NCBI GenBank assembly: GCA_000934665.2
Contig: KZ538610.1
Span: forward strand, 1-59,244
Direction: 5' to 3'
Length of the DNA: 59,244 bases
DNA from: Catajapyx aquilonaris
Lineage: Eukaryota
Under the pieces are notes generated by a model. That model had not been told where the DNA came from, ran no database searches, and saw only the letters and a list, made by a program, of their open reading frames with translations. Below, piece by piece: positions 1-13,130 of this stretch. The translations under genes were made by a program, and so were the position numbers. Positions within the stretch are counted from its first letter, which is position 1, and each line of letters begins with the position of its first letter.

Positions 1-660
1 GTGGTGCTTCCCCTTTTCCGCTTTTCACCTCAGGGTTTGAGGGAGCGGGGGTAGGGCGGGCGGGAGGGAGTTGGGGGGAAATTCCCCCGGCGGGAATCTG
101 TACTCCCGTCAAGAGGCCGATAAATCATGTGTGGGCTGCCAGGCGGCGAGAGGAAGAATTTTGGCCCGCTGAAGAGCTGGATTTTCGGGGCCAGCCGCCT
201 CCATGCATGCATGCAAGAGGGGAAAGACTGGCTTCCAAAAATCCACCACGTGACCTCAATATGAGCATAAACTATCAAATAATATACCTGCATTGTTGTT
301 AGTAAAATAAAATAGTGGCGATACAATCCAAAAATGAAAGCGGAAACAGGTCTTAAACGAAGGAAGACACGTGCCTAGATCCGCTATATTCAGCTGGATA
401 AATCTGTGTTACCCGATCTGGTATCCCGAGCGAATACACTGGAACTGACATTTACCGCCAGAAATTAGCTAAGCACTCGCCAGCGTGCTGTATACTCCGG
501 AGATATAGGCGCGTCTATAGATGCGAGTCCATTAGTTAGTGAGAGGTCTATATATGCCTTCGAGGATTCAGTTGGGTTTGGAAACAATTTTTTGTGTGCC
601 ATTAGTTGTTTTTCAGCAATATTTTTTTAAAACCGGAAATGGTCGCAAGCATCATTAGTC

Positions 661-1014
661 GAATTTTTTTATTTAGTTTACCCCGTGATGACCCTTACGG
701 CGGGTGCTATAGGGGGGTGGCATACCACCATCAGTTTTCTGTATATATTTTCTGCTTCATTCATCGGTGCAAGGAAACAGGGACAATGGGAAAGGATAGG
801 GATTTTTGGGGAGGGAACATGGGTGCAAGGTGCAATGTCGTAGCTATGGGTCATGTGCTGTTCCCCAGGAGGTTAGGTTGCCAGACACCTCCTTGGTGCA
901 GGTCAGAGACCCTCCTGACGCAGGTGAAAGGAAAGTTCCCCAGGCGGGGATCGAACCTGGGGCCTTTCACTCAGCAAGCCGAGACGTTACCATCTCGGCC
1001 ATCTACACCTCCCC
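661..1014 (-). mobile_element. tRNA-derived SINE, family A copy 1
   Basis: Minus-strand head GGGGAGGTGTAGATGGCCGAGATGG (A box) ... GGTTCGATCC (B box), A-rich tail, TSD atcattagtc at 651-660 and 1015-1024. Closely similar to the copy at 26520. Confidence 0.92.
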
Positions 1015-3898
1015 ATCATTAGTCAATAGCAAATGTCTCTGGGTTGGTAATACTGGTCCTGTGTAAATGACTACAATGATTGAGACTACTGAAAATTAAT
1101 GAGCCACAAAATATTTTGCAGTAGATTCCTTTGTGTTATTGGCCAGAAAGAGGCGGTTTATTGACTGGTACGGTGTTGCTTCGCCTATCAAAGGCGTTTC
1201 GCAGAATGAAATTTCATAATGCAAGGCACGTAACTATAGAATAAGCTATAGATAGCCGTTGAGGAATTCCGCAAGATACAATTGCAAAGGCAGTGGGGCA
1301 GTCGAGAATCAGCCATTTCACAGTTCTGTTATACGTAGACTACAGTGCAGATGGTGCACCACATACGAGTATTTTGCATTGTATAAAATACAAAATTAAG
1401 TACCAGGTTGAAGGGTTGGAATTAGTGTTGTAGAGGCCAGGGGGAAAACCCCATTTTTAAAAAAGCAAGGTAGACTTTTTTTTTGTTTCTTACGAGGCCA
1501 GCACGGAAACCGGTGGAAAACCTGCATTGTTATAATAGACGACTACATAACTGTTTTATTTTTAACATAGTTTTAAACAATAACAAAAAATCACAAATCT
1601 CTGATTTTATTTGCATCATTCCATTGAAAATGTGTAACTTAATTTGTGTTTATACAGGTTAAATTAATAGTTTTGTACGCTGCGATCTTAAACCTAGTAA
1701 TGACAACTTTTACCTGTTTAAGTTTTATGTTGAATAATAATTTCTGTCCAAGTTCTCAAAATATGACTGCTGTATTATATTAACCTGACTCGTACTTGAT
1801 CTCTGACCCAATCACTGAGGAAATCCCTGCTGCTGTTTCAATGATTGAGTCCTTGAACATACCTATATGTCCTTCGAAAATTCCCCGCCATAAAATCATT
1901 GATTGCGGGATATAGTCTACCTATTTTCCTAGACTTTCTGAAGTTAATAAGATTTTGAGATTTTTAAACAGGAAAAATCAATCGTATTTTGATAACACAT
2001 AAAAAGCTAAAGAGCTATGGAAAAGTTGGACCATTTTGATGAAATTTTGTATCCCAATAAAGTGTTTTCTAGGGGGGAAAAACTTTTACCCCCATGAAAT
2101 TTTGCAGTTTTTGTTCAACACTAGACAGAAGTCATGGCGCCCATTTTTACATCATGAACACTAGATACTTGCAGTGAACAGGAAATCTGTTTGTAGTTCT
2201 GCCCGAGTTCTACCCGATCTGATAAAAAGATGATGCTTCGTAACAAATGATATCAGGATACAAAAGAGGAACGATAACCCCAACCTCCCTATAAACAATG
2301 TGAAACACGATTATACCCAAAAGCTTTCACTCATTGATCTGATCTCATTAGAGACCCTCAGTGTGGCTGTGGTCACCTTTCTCCACAGATATGGAAACCA
2401 TTGACTATTGTTGATATAACTTTTTTTTTTGAGAATTTGCATCTCTGTTTAAGGAGTTGATCGTTATAGGCCTATATAGCCGCTCCTGGAAAAATAAAAT
2501 AAAATGGGCTTCTCTGGAAGTAGTAAGTGGTATGGGGATAGTGGCCATTCTAGCCTGTAGCCGCAGTTCCGGATAGGCCTGTTCTATATAATTGCAGTGC
2601 GGGTAGGGCAGCTGGCGAGCGGGGCGTTTGGATCCCAGGCGGGGAGTAGTTCTGTACACCATTTTTTTTGGAGGGGGGGGCCCCCCATCCCCCACCCACA
2701 CTCCCCATTCCTGTTCCCTAGATCAGTGCGCAATTTTTGCGGGCTCCATCTCAGCTAGCCTGGGCCTGCTGGGCCCCTAGGCTGGATTGAAAACTAGAGG
2801 TCGGTGATTGTGGCGCAATGGTCAATGCGAATCATGCTCTCCATGAAACAGTTGGCCCACCCACCTCTCTCACACACATTTCCACCCGGCAACTCCCATG
2901 GGCTAGGCCTGCCTGGGCCCGATACATTTTTATATGGTAACGCACGGCATGATAAGCACATTGTTGCCAAATAGGATGGGCCTGGGTCCAGGGGAGTTTT
3001 GGCTCTGAAGGACTCGGTTTGATTCTCGTTGGTGGAAAGAGGGGCTGCAATGTGCCACTTGAATGTAACGTGTATTGGAAGGGGCGAGAGTGAAGTTTTC
3101 CCTGTTGCGTGAGTCGTTATGGCATGTCAAAATTTACGAACAATAATTATACGACCAGGCGATCCATGAGGTAAGAAATATAAGCTGTAGAGTGACGCTG
3201 TGTGACCACTGTATCGTGTAAATCATGTTTACGCGAGGAATAACAGGGAAAATATGCCACTTGCATATTTGTGTTTCCTCACACTACATGAAGGCAAAAC
3301 AGCATCCTTTTCACCAGTAATTATATAGAGAATGTGACTTAGGACGCGGGATGTACCAGGTCGGGTGTACAATATCAATTATAAGAAAAAGCGAGGTACA
3401 ATTATCGCCCCCTTATAGGAGATAGAAATTACGATCATCGCACACCGGTACTCCAAAGTTTAACCGACTTACACACTTTCTACATAGAGTGGGCCACCGT
3501 AAGCAGTCAGACGGGTTTGACACCAGGACGTGTCAAATGTCCTCGTCGATGAGCAACAGATTGCGTAATACCTTCCTCCCCCTTGGTTTTTTAAGCAAAT
3601 CCAACCTGTGGCTATAACTCAGTTGGCATGCGGTGGCCTGGGGCTTCTTATACGACCTCCTGCGTACATCCTTTGGTGTCAGCTACACGAGAGCTAGGGA
3701 AGAGTTATAGCCGTTTACATGGAGCACCCACCACCTCCTGTGGCGTGCTTTGGGTGTAGCCGAAGTTAGTTGTTGCGGGATATGGCCTAGTTCTTAGACA
3801 TCTTACCCACATATTCTAACGTGTAATAACGATGGTAGGAAAGCAAGCCGGATATGACGTTCGTGGGTTTTGTATAGTTTGGCGATCATTTGATTAAT

Positions 3899-4155
3899 GG
3901 CCGGTTTCACCGAGCTCGGTTTTGATAAAACCCCCCGTTCTTTCGGAAAATCCCTGCAAATAGAATAGGGATTTTCCAAAAGAACCGGGTTTTTTAAAAT
4001 CAAAACCGAGCTCGGTGAAACCGGCATAAGGGTCTGTTTCACCGAGATCGGTATATGATAAAACCAGGGTTCTTTCGGAAAATCCCTACATATTTGTATG
4101 GATTTTCCTAAAGAAACCTGTTTTTATCATATACCGAGCTCGGTGAAACCGGCCC
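3899..4155. mobile_element. Two tandem hairpin MITEs, PIF/Harbinger-like
   Basis: Two ~126-bp palindromes (3899-4025 and 4030-4155) with ends GG(G)CCGGTTTCACCGAGCTCGGT, flanked or separated by TAA/TTA. Confidence 0.8.
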
Positions 4156-4247
4156 TTAGTGTATCTCAAGATGGCGTTATATATCCGGTAACTTATTATA
4201 CATACTGTATTTCGTTTTGTCGACATATCGCATTCTATCTTTCTGAG

Positions 4248-4389
4248 GGTACCACACCAATTCGCCGCAATTCGCCCACCTACAATCCGCCCGATGCACA
4301 TTAGCCCGACATACAAACTCGCCTGTCATACAGGCATGCACGTCGGGCGAGTTGACGGCGGACGAATGTGCATCGGGCGAAATGAAACC
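4248..4389. mobile_element. Mutator-like MITE
   Basis: 9-bp direct repeat ctttctgag at 4239-4247 and 4390-4398, GGT...ACC ends, and internal inverted cgcccgatgcacatt / aatgtgcatcgggcg with iterated tcgccc motifs. Confidence 0.6.
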
Positions 4390-4658
4390 CTTTCTGAGAC
4401 CCTCGGTATCACCAGTAATGAGTCCAATTTTGGCTCTTTTGAGTTATTTACACTACTAATTGTAGATTAGTAGCAATTTCGTGCTCAATCGTCCGATGAA
4501 GTCAATTTAGTCCTAAAGATCCATAATGAGCCAGCAAACCCCGATTTTCTGCCATCACTGGCATGAAAACAACGTGCACAGTGCAAGTATGATATTTGCT
4601 TAGGATTATACGAGTAGCAAACTGTATCAAAACCTGGTTTTTCGGACTTAGTGGATTT

Positions 4659-4770
4659 GGGTGGAATTTTCGTCCCACTGCTAGTTACTGCTAACCCAGT
4701 AGACTACCAGTGTTGGCAGTGGTACTGCTAAGTTATCAGTAACTAGCAGTGGGACGAAAATTCCACCCTG
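4659..4770. mobile_element. Tc1/mariner-type hairpin MITE
   Basis: GGGTGGAATTTTCGTCCCACTGCTAGTTACTG and its exact reverse complement. The right end is CCCTG followed by TA. Confidence 0.75.
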
Positions 4771-5637
4771 TACTCCCACGACATTTGGTGACCCCTTGGG
4801 TGTAGCCTTTCCACGCACTATAGGCTTGGTCACACTAAGTCCTTCTCTAAGTACCCAACTTTGTGCTCCCTGAAATGAGAATAAGATTATACCCCGGATG
4901 GCTGGAGCTGACCCGCATTGTACCCATGCATATTCATTGTTATTTCACGCGCGGACTTTCCAAACTGGAGAATAATGGCCGAGGTCGGGAAGAAACCCCC
5001 AGGGGGACGAATCACAATGGGTAATTAATTTACGCAATTGGCCAGACCGGGGTTACCAAACTCTTGGAGTGGCGGGGAAGCCAGGGTGAAATTGGGTAGG
5101 TGAGGGAGGACCCAGAGTTGATCCGGGTTGTTATATAAGCGTAGGGTTTCCCTCCCTGGGCACAACCGGCGGGTGGGTCTCCCAAGAAAAGCAGGGAGGG
5201 AATGGGGGAATAGAGAATCCCTCAGCATCGCCATGGCAACTCGGGTCGCAAACACTGCATGAGCTTCAGTTGCCGCCGGCGACGTTTCCTTTTGTCGCTG
5301 GGATTCTTCTAAAAAAAAAAGAAAAAAAGTCCGGGAGCTGACTCAGCAATCTCTTCTCCCCCTCCCGCCACCATATACCCAATCTTGTCCCCACCCCCGC
5401 CGCACCCGCCTTGTCCGCACCCCAGCACCAGTGGGAAACTAGAGTTTTGCGATAAGGCCGTGTCGCCGGTGCTGCTATCTGGATCCGTGCACGGCCTCAG
5501 AAGATGCCGCCGGAAATTGTGGAATTACGACGACGCCACCGATTTACGTCTGATTGATACCCATGTGCGGTCAAAATGTTAAAATTAAATTAAAGGGTAG
5601 GAGAATATCAGTTAATTATTTTAATATAATATTAATA

Positions 5638-6264
5638 CAGTTGACTCCGGATATAACGGACTCATTTTCCACATCACCTCTGCGCCTCGGTGGGAAAATA
5701 TGCTGCTTTCGATTACCCGGCGTCACCTTCCCGCGCGTCAAGCTGGAGCGGCCAGGTGATTTCCCCGCATCTGCCACTGATCGCGCTTACTACTCGTAAG
5801 TTTTGCATCTCAAGATTGAGGCACACATGTGCCTTGTTCAATGTATCCGGGAGTCTTCATTGTGCTGGGTCACAGAGCTGACTTCGGTTCACAGGCTTGG
5901 GCACTCTACACCCGAGCCTATACCTGAGTCAGGCAGTTGAGACAAAGGCGGCCAAGATGTCGTGAAGGAAGTTTAAGAGGCTCTCCTTTACACTTGACGA
6001 AATGTCAAAATCATTCTTATTATGGTGTATTTGGCAAGAAGGAGACGGCATCACAAGAGAATTACCTCTTTTTTGGGTCCTGAGTAATGTACTGGTGAGC
6101 TAATTTTGCATTTTTGTCGATAGTTTCATTATCAGTTTAACCTACAGTAGTGTGCATTAAAGGCGTACGGCAGACACTTTGCGTATTCGTTGCAAAAGTG
6201 ACGATTTGGCTGTAACATACATTTTCCGCGGTCCTTTGAAGTCTGCTATATCCGGAGTCAACTG
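5638..6264. mobile_element. Tc1/pogo-type non-autonomous element
   Basis: TIR TA|CAGTTGACTCCGGATATA ... TATATCCGGAGTCAACTG|CA. Confidence 0.7.
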
Positions 6265-6877
6265 CATAATAATATGCGGGACGAATGGGAAAAAAACGCA
6301 CTGTCCCGCAGTTTGACAAGGAACACCCCCACGTTTTTGCCGTCGACTGTACACGCCGGCCGTAAGCGACACTCCAATTGATGTCCATGCCCATGTAATT
6401 ACTTTAAAAGCCCCGATATTTCAGCGCCTTCAGCGAATAAAATAATTCCTAATTGCTCCCTGCCATATCCCCAAGGCGGCGCCATATCCTGGTACATTGA
6501 ATTTGGTTCCACCCGGTATATAGGCCCTACGTAGGTTGATCCAACAGCACCAGGGTCCCCCCACCATTCCAGCCGACATGGTCATTCGCCTGGGGGTGTT
6601 CGCCGACTGACGCTGGCTGCGTCCGTTTGGCTCGTTTCGGGGAAGATTGATCGCGGGTATATAGGGGGAGAGTGTGGGGCGAATGCAGTGGGGGTGCTGC
6701 CCCGATTTATTCCTGCTACTGCAGGCCCGGGTGACGGCAGCCCCATCCGGCTCTGCCTGCCTGGGCCAAATGGGGATGGGGGGAACCGGCGGGGAACAGG
6801 CAGGGAAGCAGGGGGGGGGAAAACCGGCGGGGGAACAGGCGGGCGGGGGGAACCGGCGGGGAAAGTGAAGGAGTTTT

Positions 6878-7129
6878 NNNNNNNNNNNNNNNNNNNNNNN
6901 NNNNNNNNNNNNNNNNNNNNNNNNNNNNNNNNNNNNNNNNNNNNNNNNNNNNNNNNNNNNNNNNNNNNNNNNNNNNNNNNNNNNNNNNNNNNNNNNNNNN
7001 NNNNNNNNNNNNNNNNNNNNNNNNNNNNNNNNNNNNNNNNNNNNNNNNNNNNNNNNNNNNNNNNNNNNNNNNNNNNNNNNNNNNNNNNNNNNNNNNNNNN
7101 NNNNNNNNNNNNNNNNNNNNNNNNNNNNN
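6878..7129. other. Assembly gap
   Basis: N run flanked by G-rich sequence. Confidence 0.99.
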
Positions 7130-10100
7130 GGGGGGGGGCGCCAAATGCAGGGGGTGGGCCTTTCCACTCATTATTATAGGTGGGCATTCGAGGATACCGA
7201 TACGGAGGAAGCGGGGACTAAAAGGATTCAGTATTTTGTACTTGAAGTAGGCTATAGCCGGGATGAAAGATGTTGAACTGTTTCAGTCAACCTAAGGTGT
7301 TTTCTCGAGTTAGCCCGGGGCGAACCCGAGGCCGTCACAATGGCGACCAGCGTCGTCGACACACGTATGGATGGGTGATAACTCGAGTGATGAGGGAATG
7401 GTGGTAGTGGCACGCCCACGACAGTCCTCCTAGTGCGTTGGGTGGAAGAGGCCTCTGGAAGCTGCGAAAAGGGTGGGCCCATCACAAAGAAAAGAAGGGA
7501 CAATGAATGCCCTGAGAGTCCCGGGAGACAATGCCGGAGAAATACAACACACAGGGGTGAGAGGGTGTCGGGGAGGAAGGGGGTTTCCCTCCTCATTCTT
7601 CCGGAGCATAGACACGGCGGACAAAGGACCAAAAGGGAATAACCAGACAAATCACTCGGAAACTCTTGAAACTTTCCACATTTGCCACACGGACGAGCAT
7701 ACAAAGGACTACCTTCCCTGGGTTCGAGTCAAGAGTAGAAGCATAACATTTGGAGGTGCCGTTGGGGCGGGGCGGTGCCACTTTTCTTTGGCTGATTTCG
7801 GGAAACTGGCAAAGTCGGAACCCAATATTATATCAAGAACCTTACTGGTGGAGCGGAGCACTGAAATTCTGCCTTCATACCGAAAAACGTCGCATCTGAC
7901 GTTGCGATTAGGTATAGCGTTTACTTTTGAATTGCATGCCCCGAGCTTCCTTATCGAAATTTGCAGATGCGTGGTTTTTTGGTGGAGCCGCATAATTTTA
8001 GTGTACCGCTCCACACCCCAATGACCTGGATGTAATAATATAATAATATAATTTGTGCATTTTTCTGAATTGTGTGGGATTTGAAGTAAAACAGACCTTG
8101 AATTGAAAGAATTAAATAGTATATATCTATCAGGTTATGTTACATAACCTGCTGTAACACCATTTACAATCTTATTTCGGGCTGTCGCAGAAGGCCCAAT
8201 TACCAGGCACGTTAAATGAATCATTGGCTTAATATGCAGTGCGACAATTATAGCAGAAATGAGGAGAGGTAAAGGCAGTACAAGTAGCATAATGGCAGAC
8301 GGTGCCCTTGCCTGTGCTGCAAATATGCAACGGGACGCTGTGTAGCGATGCAAAATTCTCCGTTGGGCCTATGCTGCATCCAGCCAGCTCGCTCGTAAAA
8401 GCTAATTTAGTCATGGTGTGGACGCAGTGTTGATAGCTGGGCTGGAGTTACGTCCCTTATACATTCAACCCAAGCACCCGGATCTGCAGGTATACTCCTC
8501 TTATCTATCCGTATCTGACTGCTGTGGGGTCAGGTAGACAGGGAGCTGATATCTATAGTACCCAGTAATAGAATTATGCAGATATGGGCGGTGCTGGGAG
8601 GGTTAAACATTGGCTGGTTGTACGGACGTCGATTGCTGACGTCGGACCACGTGGAATGGTCATGGATTGGGTCCAATTATGTACGACGCGTCCGAATTGG
8701 GAGCACGTGTCACCCGCAGTTTCACTGATCGGGCATTGGCAACTGTCGCTGTTTGCGGGATATTATCGAGATTTTGATGACTTAGGGCCATTTTTAAAGG
8801 TGTCAACCTTTTCGTCTGATTGGGAATTTTACCTCTGAGTTCTGATCGGCTGCCTCGTGTCATTGCCGCGGATAACATTTTACAGACGGCTGTTCTTGTT
8901 CACAGATAATTTAATTTGGTCAGTTTACTTGGATTAGGAAGTTCCCAACCTCGCACAACTAGTCCATAGGAATCAGGTGTGGGTGTCCGAAAGTACACTT
9001 CTGGACAAGAGACGAGAGAAAGAAAAGCCGGAACGAAAAATCATGCACTTATTATTTTCTGTATCGCCCTGTAAATGTACGAGATTCACTCCAAGATTCA
9101 TCTGACTGTCCGACCCTCGCAAAATCCATATAAAGAAACATGATACTGAAACGTGCATACTGTATGTGCAACAATCCCTCAGTGTGTGGAAAGTAAGGCC
9201 GCTGTCACATTTCACTTGAAGTGGCCAGGGCAGACGACCCAGCATGGTCATAGCATATGGTTCTCTTTGCTTTAAAAATAGCCGTTTCAAGCAACATCCA
9301 GATATGTGGTATACTGTACATGATGGTTCTATACAATATACAAATATATTCGTAAAAATCAGGGAATACCAAAGGAAAGGACAGTTTACTGACTGATCTT
9401 TAAAGCCATAATTGCCGCTGATTTCTGACATTATTACCTACGTATACCGTATATTAATTTGCTATTGGCACAGAGAATCGCCTTTATCTGGCAAATAGGG
9501 TAATAGCCTACTAAATCGGACATGGGTATGTCCTATGAGTGCCAATACCTGCGGCACATTCCTCACATGGGAGCGCTCAAGTGAGGCATGTGCAGCATCT
9601 ATAGTTGCACTCACTTGCGACGTAACGAGTGTCCGCATATCAATACCGGTAGCTAGTATACTGTACAGGAGGGAGTAAATGGTAGCAGGGCTTTGCGAAT
9701 TCATATAAATGAGTTACCACATAGGTCAAACTATTTTTCGAATTATGTATTCTGCATGCTATAGGATAATCTTTTCTGTTATGCTAAACATTATCGTGTT
9801 ATTATTGTTGAGACGAGCTTTTGCAGTTGCTTTTTTTTTGTTTTTGAATGAACTTATATTTATATAATTTATATGTTTGTTTTTAGGGTAAGCTCAGTCA
9901 CCCATTGGAGAAAAGCGTCTGTAAGGCCAGATTGTATGAAGGCAAATTAATGAAAAACCTCCTATATAATACACAGGTATTCACAATAGGTACATATAAT
10001 AACAAATTTGCTCAAATTTTTAAATGGCCCTAAATGACAGTTAGGAATTGTTTTAACTAATAATATTTCGTGCCCTGATGATACGAGTTCCGCCAAAAAG

Positions 10101-11066
10101 CGCAACTGCAAAAAATCGATGTTTCCACACAAAAAAGTTGTTCCCCAATAAGCCGGACCGAAACAGTTCCCCTCTTCCACGTCGCCCCTTCAAAATTTGG
10201 GTTTTTTGGGCAACTTTATAGGTGGTACCGTACGAGTAATATGGGATGAAGTTTGGTAGGGGTGTTCCACTTCTCCCATGCAGAAAGGCCATTCTGTTGC
10301 CATGGGAACCCCCGGCGCCCCGACCGCCTCCAAACGAGATTTGCGACGGCAGGTAAACAGGAAGAGAGAAATGGGTGGGGGAGTAAGAAGGTACAGACCG
10401 GGGGGTACGGAAGTAGAACCTCAGTCACGCTGTTCCTTCCGGAGGAAAAGAAGTCTCCTTTGAGGCTGTAAGTGTGCCATCCCAGACATCAAATGTCTCC
10501 CATCTAAATGTAGGTGCTGTCCATTTCCAGCCCAATCCTTTTCAGCTCGCTCCACACCGACGCCTATCACTCGCTTTCACTCGGGTCTAATCCAATCTGG
10601 AAGCGCCCACAGGTGGAAATGGCTACTATATCAAATTTTTCCGGTGGTATGGGTTATGTAGTGATAGGTAGGCTTGGAGCCTGCAAGGTAAGGAGGGGAA
10701 ATAGTTTTATAGAAATAAGAATTAGGATCGGTTGTATCAACGTAAATGAGTAGAAAATATCGGAAGATCTTTCCTACGCGACGTAGTGGCAGGAGACGGT
10801 GTGGAGGCGCGGGGCAATTCATTGAGCGCGGCCGAATGGGTGGACCGAATAATAACCGCCCAGCTCCGTAATTAACTAAAATTATCACGCTAATTAACGG
10901 TCCCTGCCCTGACGGGACCACAAAGAGCGACAGTACCGCGGGGAGGTAAGAAAAAGCCATACATTCGGACGCGCTCTCTGAACTCCCGCCAACCTCAACC
11001 CCGACTCCCGCCATTCCGTCATGTAGGAAAGATCAGCCAAAATATGTAATTATGGATAATATCAAT

Positions 11067-11601
11067 CAGTGGCGCACCCAGGATTTTTTTTTCGGGGGGA
11101 GGGGAGGGGGGGGGGNNNNNNNNNNNNNNNNNNNNNNNNNNNNNNNNNNNNNNNNNNNNNNNNNNNNNNNNNNNNNNNNNNNNNNNNNNNNNNNNNNNNN
11201 NNNNNNNNNNNNNNNNNNNNNNNNNNNNNNNNNNNNNNNNNNNNNNNNNNNNNNNNNNNNNNNNNNNNNNNNNGGGGGGAATACTAAAGTTAATAGATAT
11301 TCAATAGCGGTTAATATTAAAATAGCTAGTATATTTTTCTCAAATGTGAAAATGTGTAAAATTGTCATTGGCATAATATTCTGCTAGAAAAATTCTAATA
11401 TATCAGGCTGTCGAATCATTTGGGATGGGATAACTGACTGTCTTAGAGCGGAAATAATCTAGCAGATTCGGATTCAAGGCGCCAAAAGGGAACCCGAATT
11501 ATTCATTACTTCCCTTTGCACTGGGGAAAAAAAATTATTTTTTTAGTCTAGTTATAATCCTAGGCTCCAAAACCTCAAAAAAAACCCTGGGTGCGCCACT
11601 G
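11067..11601. mobile_element. hAT-type MITE (contains an assembly gap)
   Basis: TIR CAGTGGCGCACCCAGG / CCTGGGTGCGCCACTG with a perfect 8-bp TSD atatcaat at 11059-11066 and 11602-11609. Confidence 0.9.
11116..11273. other. Assembly gap
   Basis: N run flanked by poly-G. Confidence 0.99.
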
Positions 11602-12403
11602 ATATCAATTATTGCATTGATATAACTACAGTATAGGCCTTCAGAAATCATTTTGGATGAAAAAGAGCCAGAAAAGGCTATCAACAATGAATAACAAACT
11701 GTCCGGGCTCTTTTCCAACCGGAAAATGTTTCCTGGAGGATCCTGCTGCGATCTTCGGCGAATTTTCATTTGAACGTTTAAAAATTAGCATGTCAGTTTT
11801 GAAATTTACCTCGGGTGAAGTACTGCCTTGCATCATGTGGGGAATGGACGCATTGATTTCTATATGGAGTTCGATTCCCGGACCGAACAGATTTTCTCAC
11901 GTGTGTTCGCGTCGGTTTTCTCGGGTTTTCCTGTTTGCACTGTCGAACAACCAACAGCGGTATCAATAAAGAGGGGAATTTTACAGAAAAGGAGGGGGTA
12001 CCATAGTAGTCTATAGTTCAACTAGCCCTTGACCTGGTCTCGAAGAACATTTTTGGGAGACACTTGGAAGACATGCGATACAGTAGCCTACATGAACAAT
12101 GGCGGAACATGAGGGCAGGCGGAACAGTAATGCTTGATATGACCTTCTAGACTTGACCGATGCGGTCGAAATAAACTGACGCTAGTGATGGGTGGACAGG
12201 ACGTTGCCAGATTGGATTCAGCCTAATTGGGGGTAGGTGGAGGGGTGTAGGGGTGGGCCTTTCACTACTCATTTTTCACCTCTCGACATCCTGCCCCTCT
12301 TCCCCAATAATCAACATTGGGGGAGGAGGGGAACAGGGGCTACGTCACTGCATGCTGCTACCATGTGGAGAGCAAGATAGCCTCGCTCCCATTGGGCCTC
12401 TGC

Positions 12404-12685
12404 AGCCTAGGATTATAACTAGACTTTTAAAAAAAAATCCAGTGCAAAGGGAAGTAATGAATAATTCGGGTTCCCTTTTGGCGCCTTGAATCCGAATCTG
12501 CTATATTATTTCCGCTCTAAGACAGTCAGTTATCCCATCCCAAATGATTCGACAGCCTGATATATTAGAATTTTTCTAGCAGAATATTATGCCAATGACA
12601 ATTTTACAAATTTTCACATTTGAGAAAAAAAAACTAGCTATTTTAATATTAACCGCTATTGAATATCTATTAACGTTAGTATTCC
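12404..12685 (-). repeat. Inverted near-identical copy of 11278-11566 (MITE interior, no TIRs)
   Basis: Reverse complement matches over ~280 nt. The ORF track shows the same peptide NTxVNRYSIAVNIKIAS.FFSNVK.CKIVIGIIFC on opposite strands. Confidence 0.92.
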
Positions 12686-12689
12686 TTGG

Positions 12690-13130
12690 GGCGACTATTG
12701 AGCAGTGCCGATCCGGCTGTAGAGCAGTCGGCTTGGATGTCCCATGAGCTATGCTGCGTTGGGGGCAAGTGATCCTCTCTCTTAGCCCGGTGCCGGGTAG
12801 GGAGAGTCGACATGAGGGGCGGGAGGATCGAAGGGAGACGGCGCAGTGGAAGGTGCAGCTGTGGGACTCGAATTGGAGAAGGGACACCTGTTGAGTGGAT
12901 GGGTGGGTGGTGTGCAGGGGCGGCGAGGGGGCACAGAGGGACCGAGGGAGGGCTGGGTGGCGGAAACGGGTGAGGGTCCCGCCGAACGCCACACTTTCTT
13001 AAGGGCGAAGATGAGCCGGACAATGGTCAGCTAAGTATAGGTGGAGACACTCGTTAGGTACTGGTTCATATCCGGTTGGGTGGATGGCAGCAGGAGGCAT
13101 GCTATATCATTGTCTGATCCGGGCGTGATT
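12690..13130 (-). pseudogene. Possible very decayed LINE fragment
   Basis: DNDIACL...MNQYL..., RLIFALKK and PLNRCPFSNS loosely follow ADD...LQ..L..W....NP.K...LNG.PIP. Confidence 0.25.

Noticed and set aside
606..1066. Repeated ORFs (LFPRRLGCQTPP..., also at 26639-26939 and 38583-38771) as a small gene family
   Set aside because: They are antisense translations of SINE family A copies.
2504..2560. YGDSG peptide resembling the NOL4 N-terminal YGDSGKTKT
   Set aside because: The frame reads MGFSGSSKWYGDSGHSSL followed by a stop, with no further similarity, so this is a chance match.
6430..7187. Long ORFs spanning N-gaps (also near 11.1, 36.8 and 43.3 kb)
   Set aside because: They are open only because N codons contain no stops.
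7252..8024. 150-aa and 183-aa ORFs, and a possible HDV-like ribozyme near 7300-7390 (minus strand)
   Set aside because: No recognisable protein motifs. A hairpin followed by CTAA and a CTCGAG pairing is present, but I could not assemble P1, P3 and P1.1.
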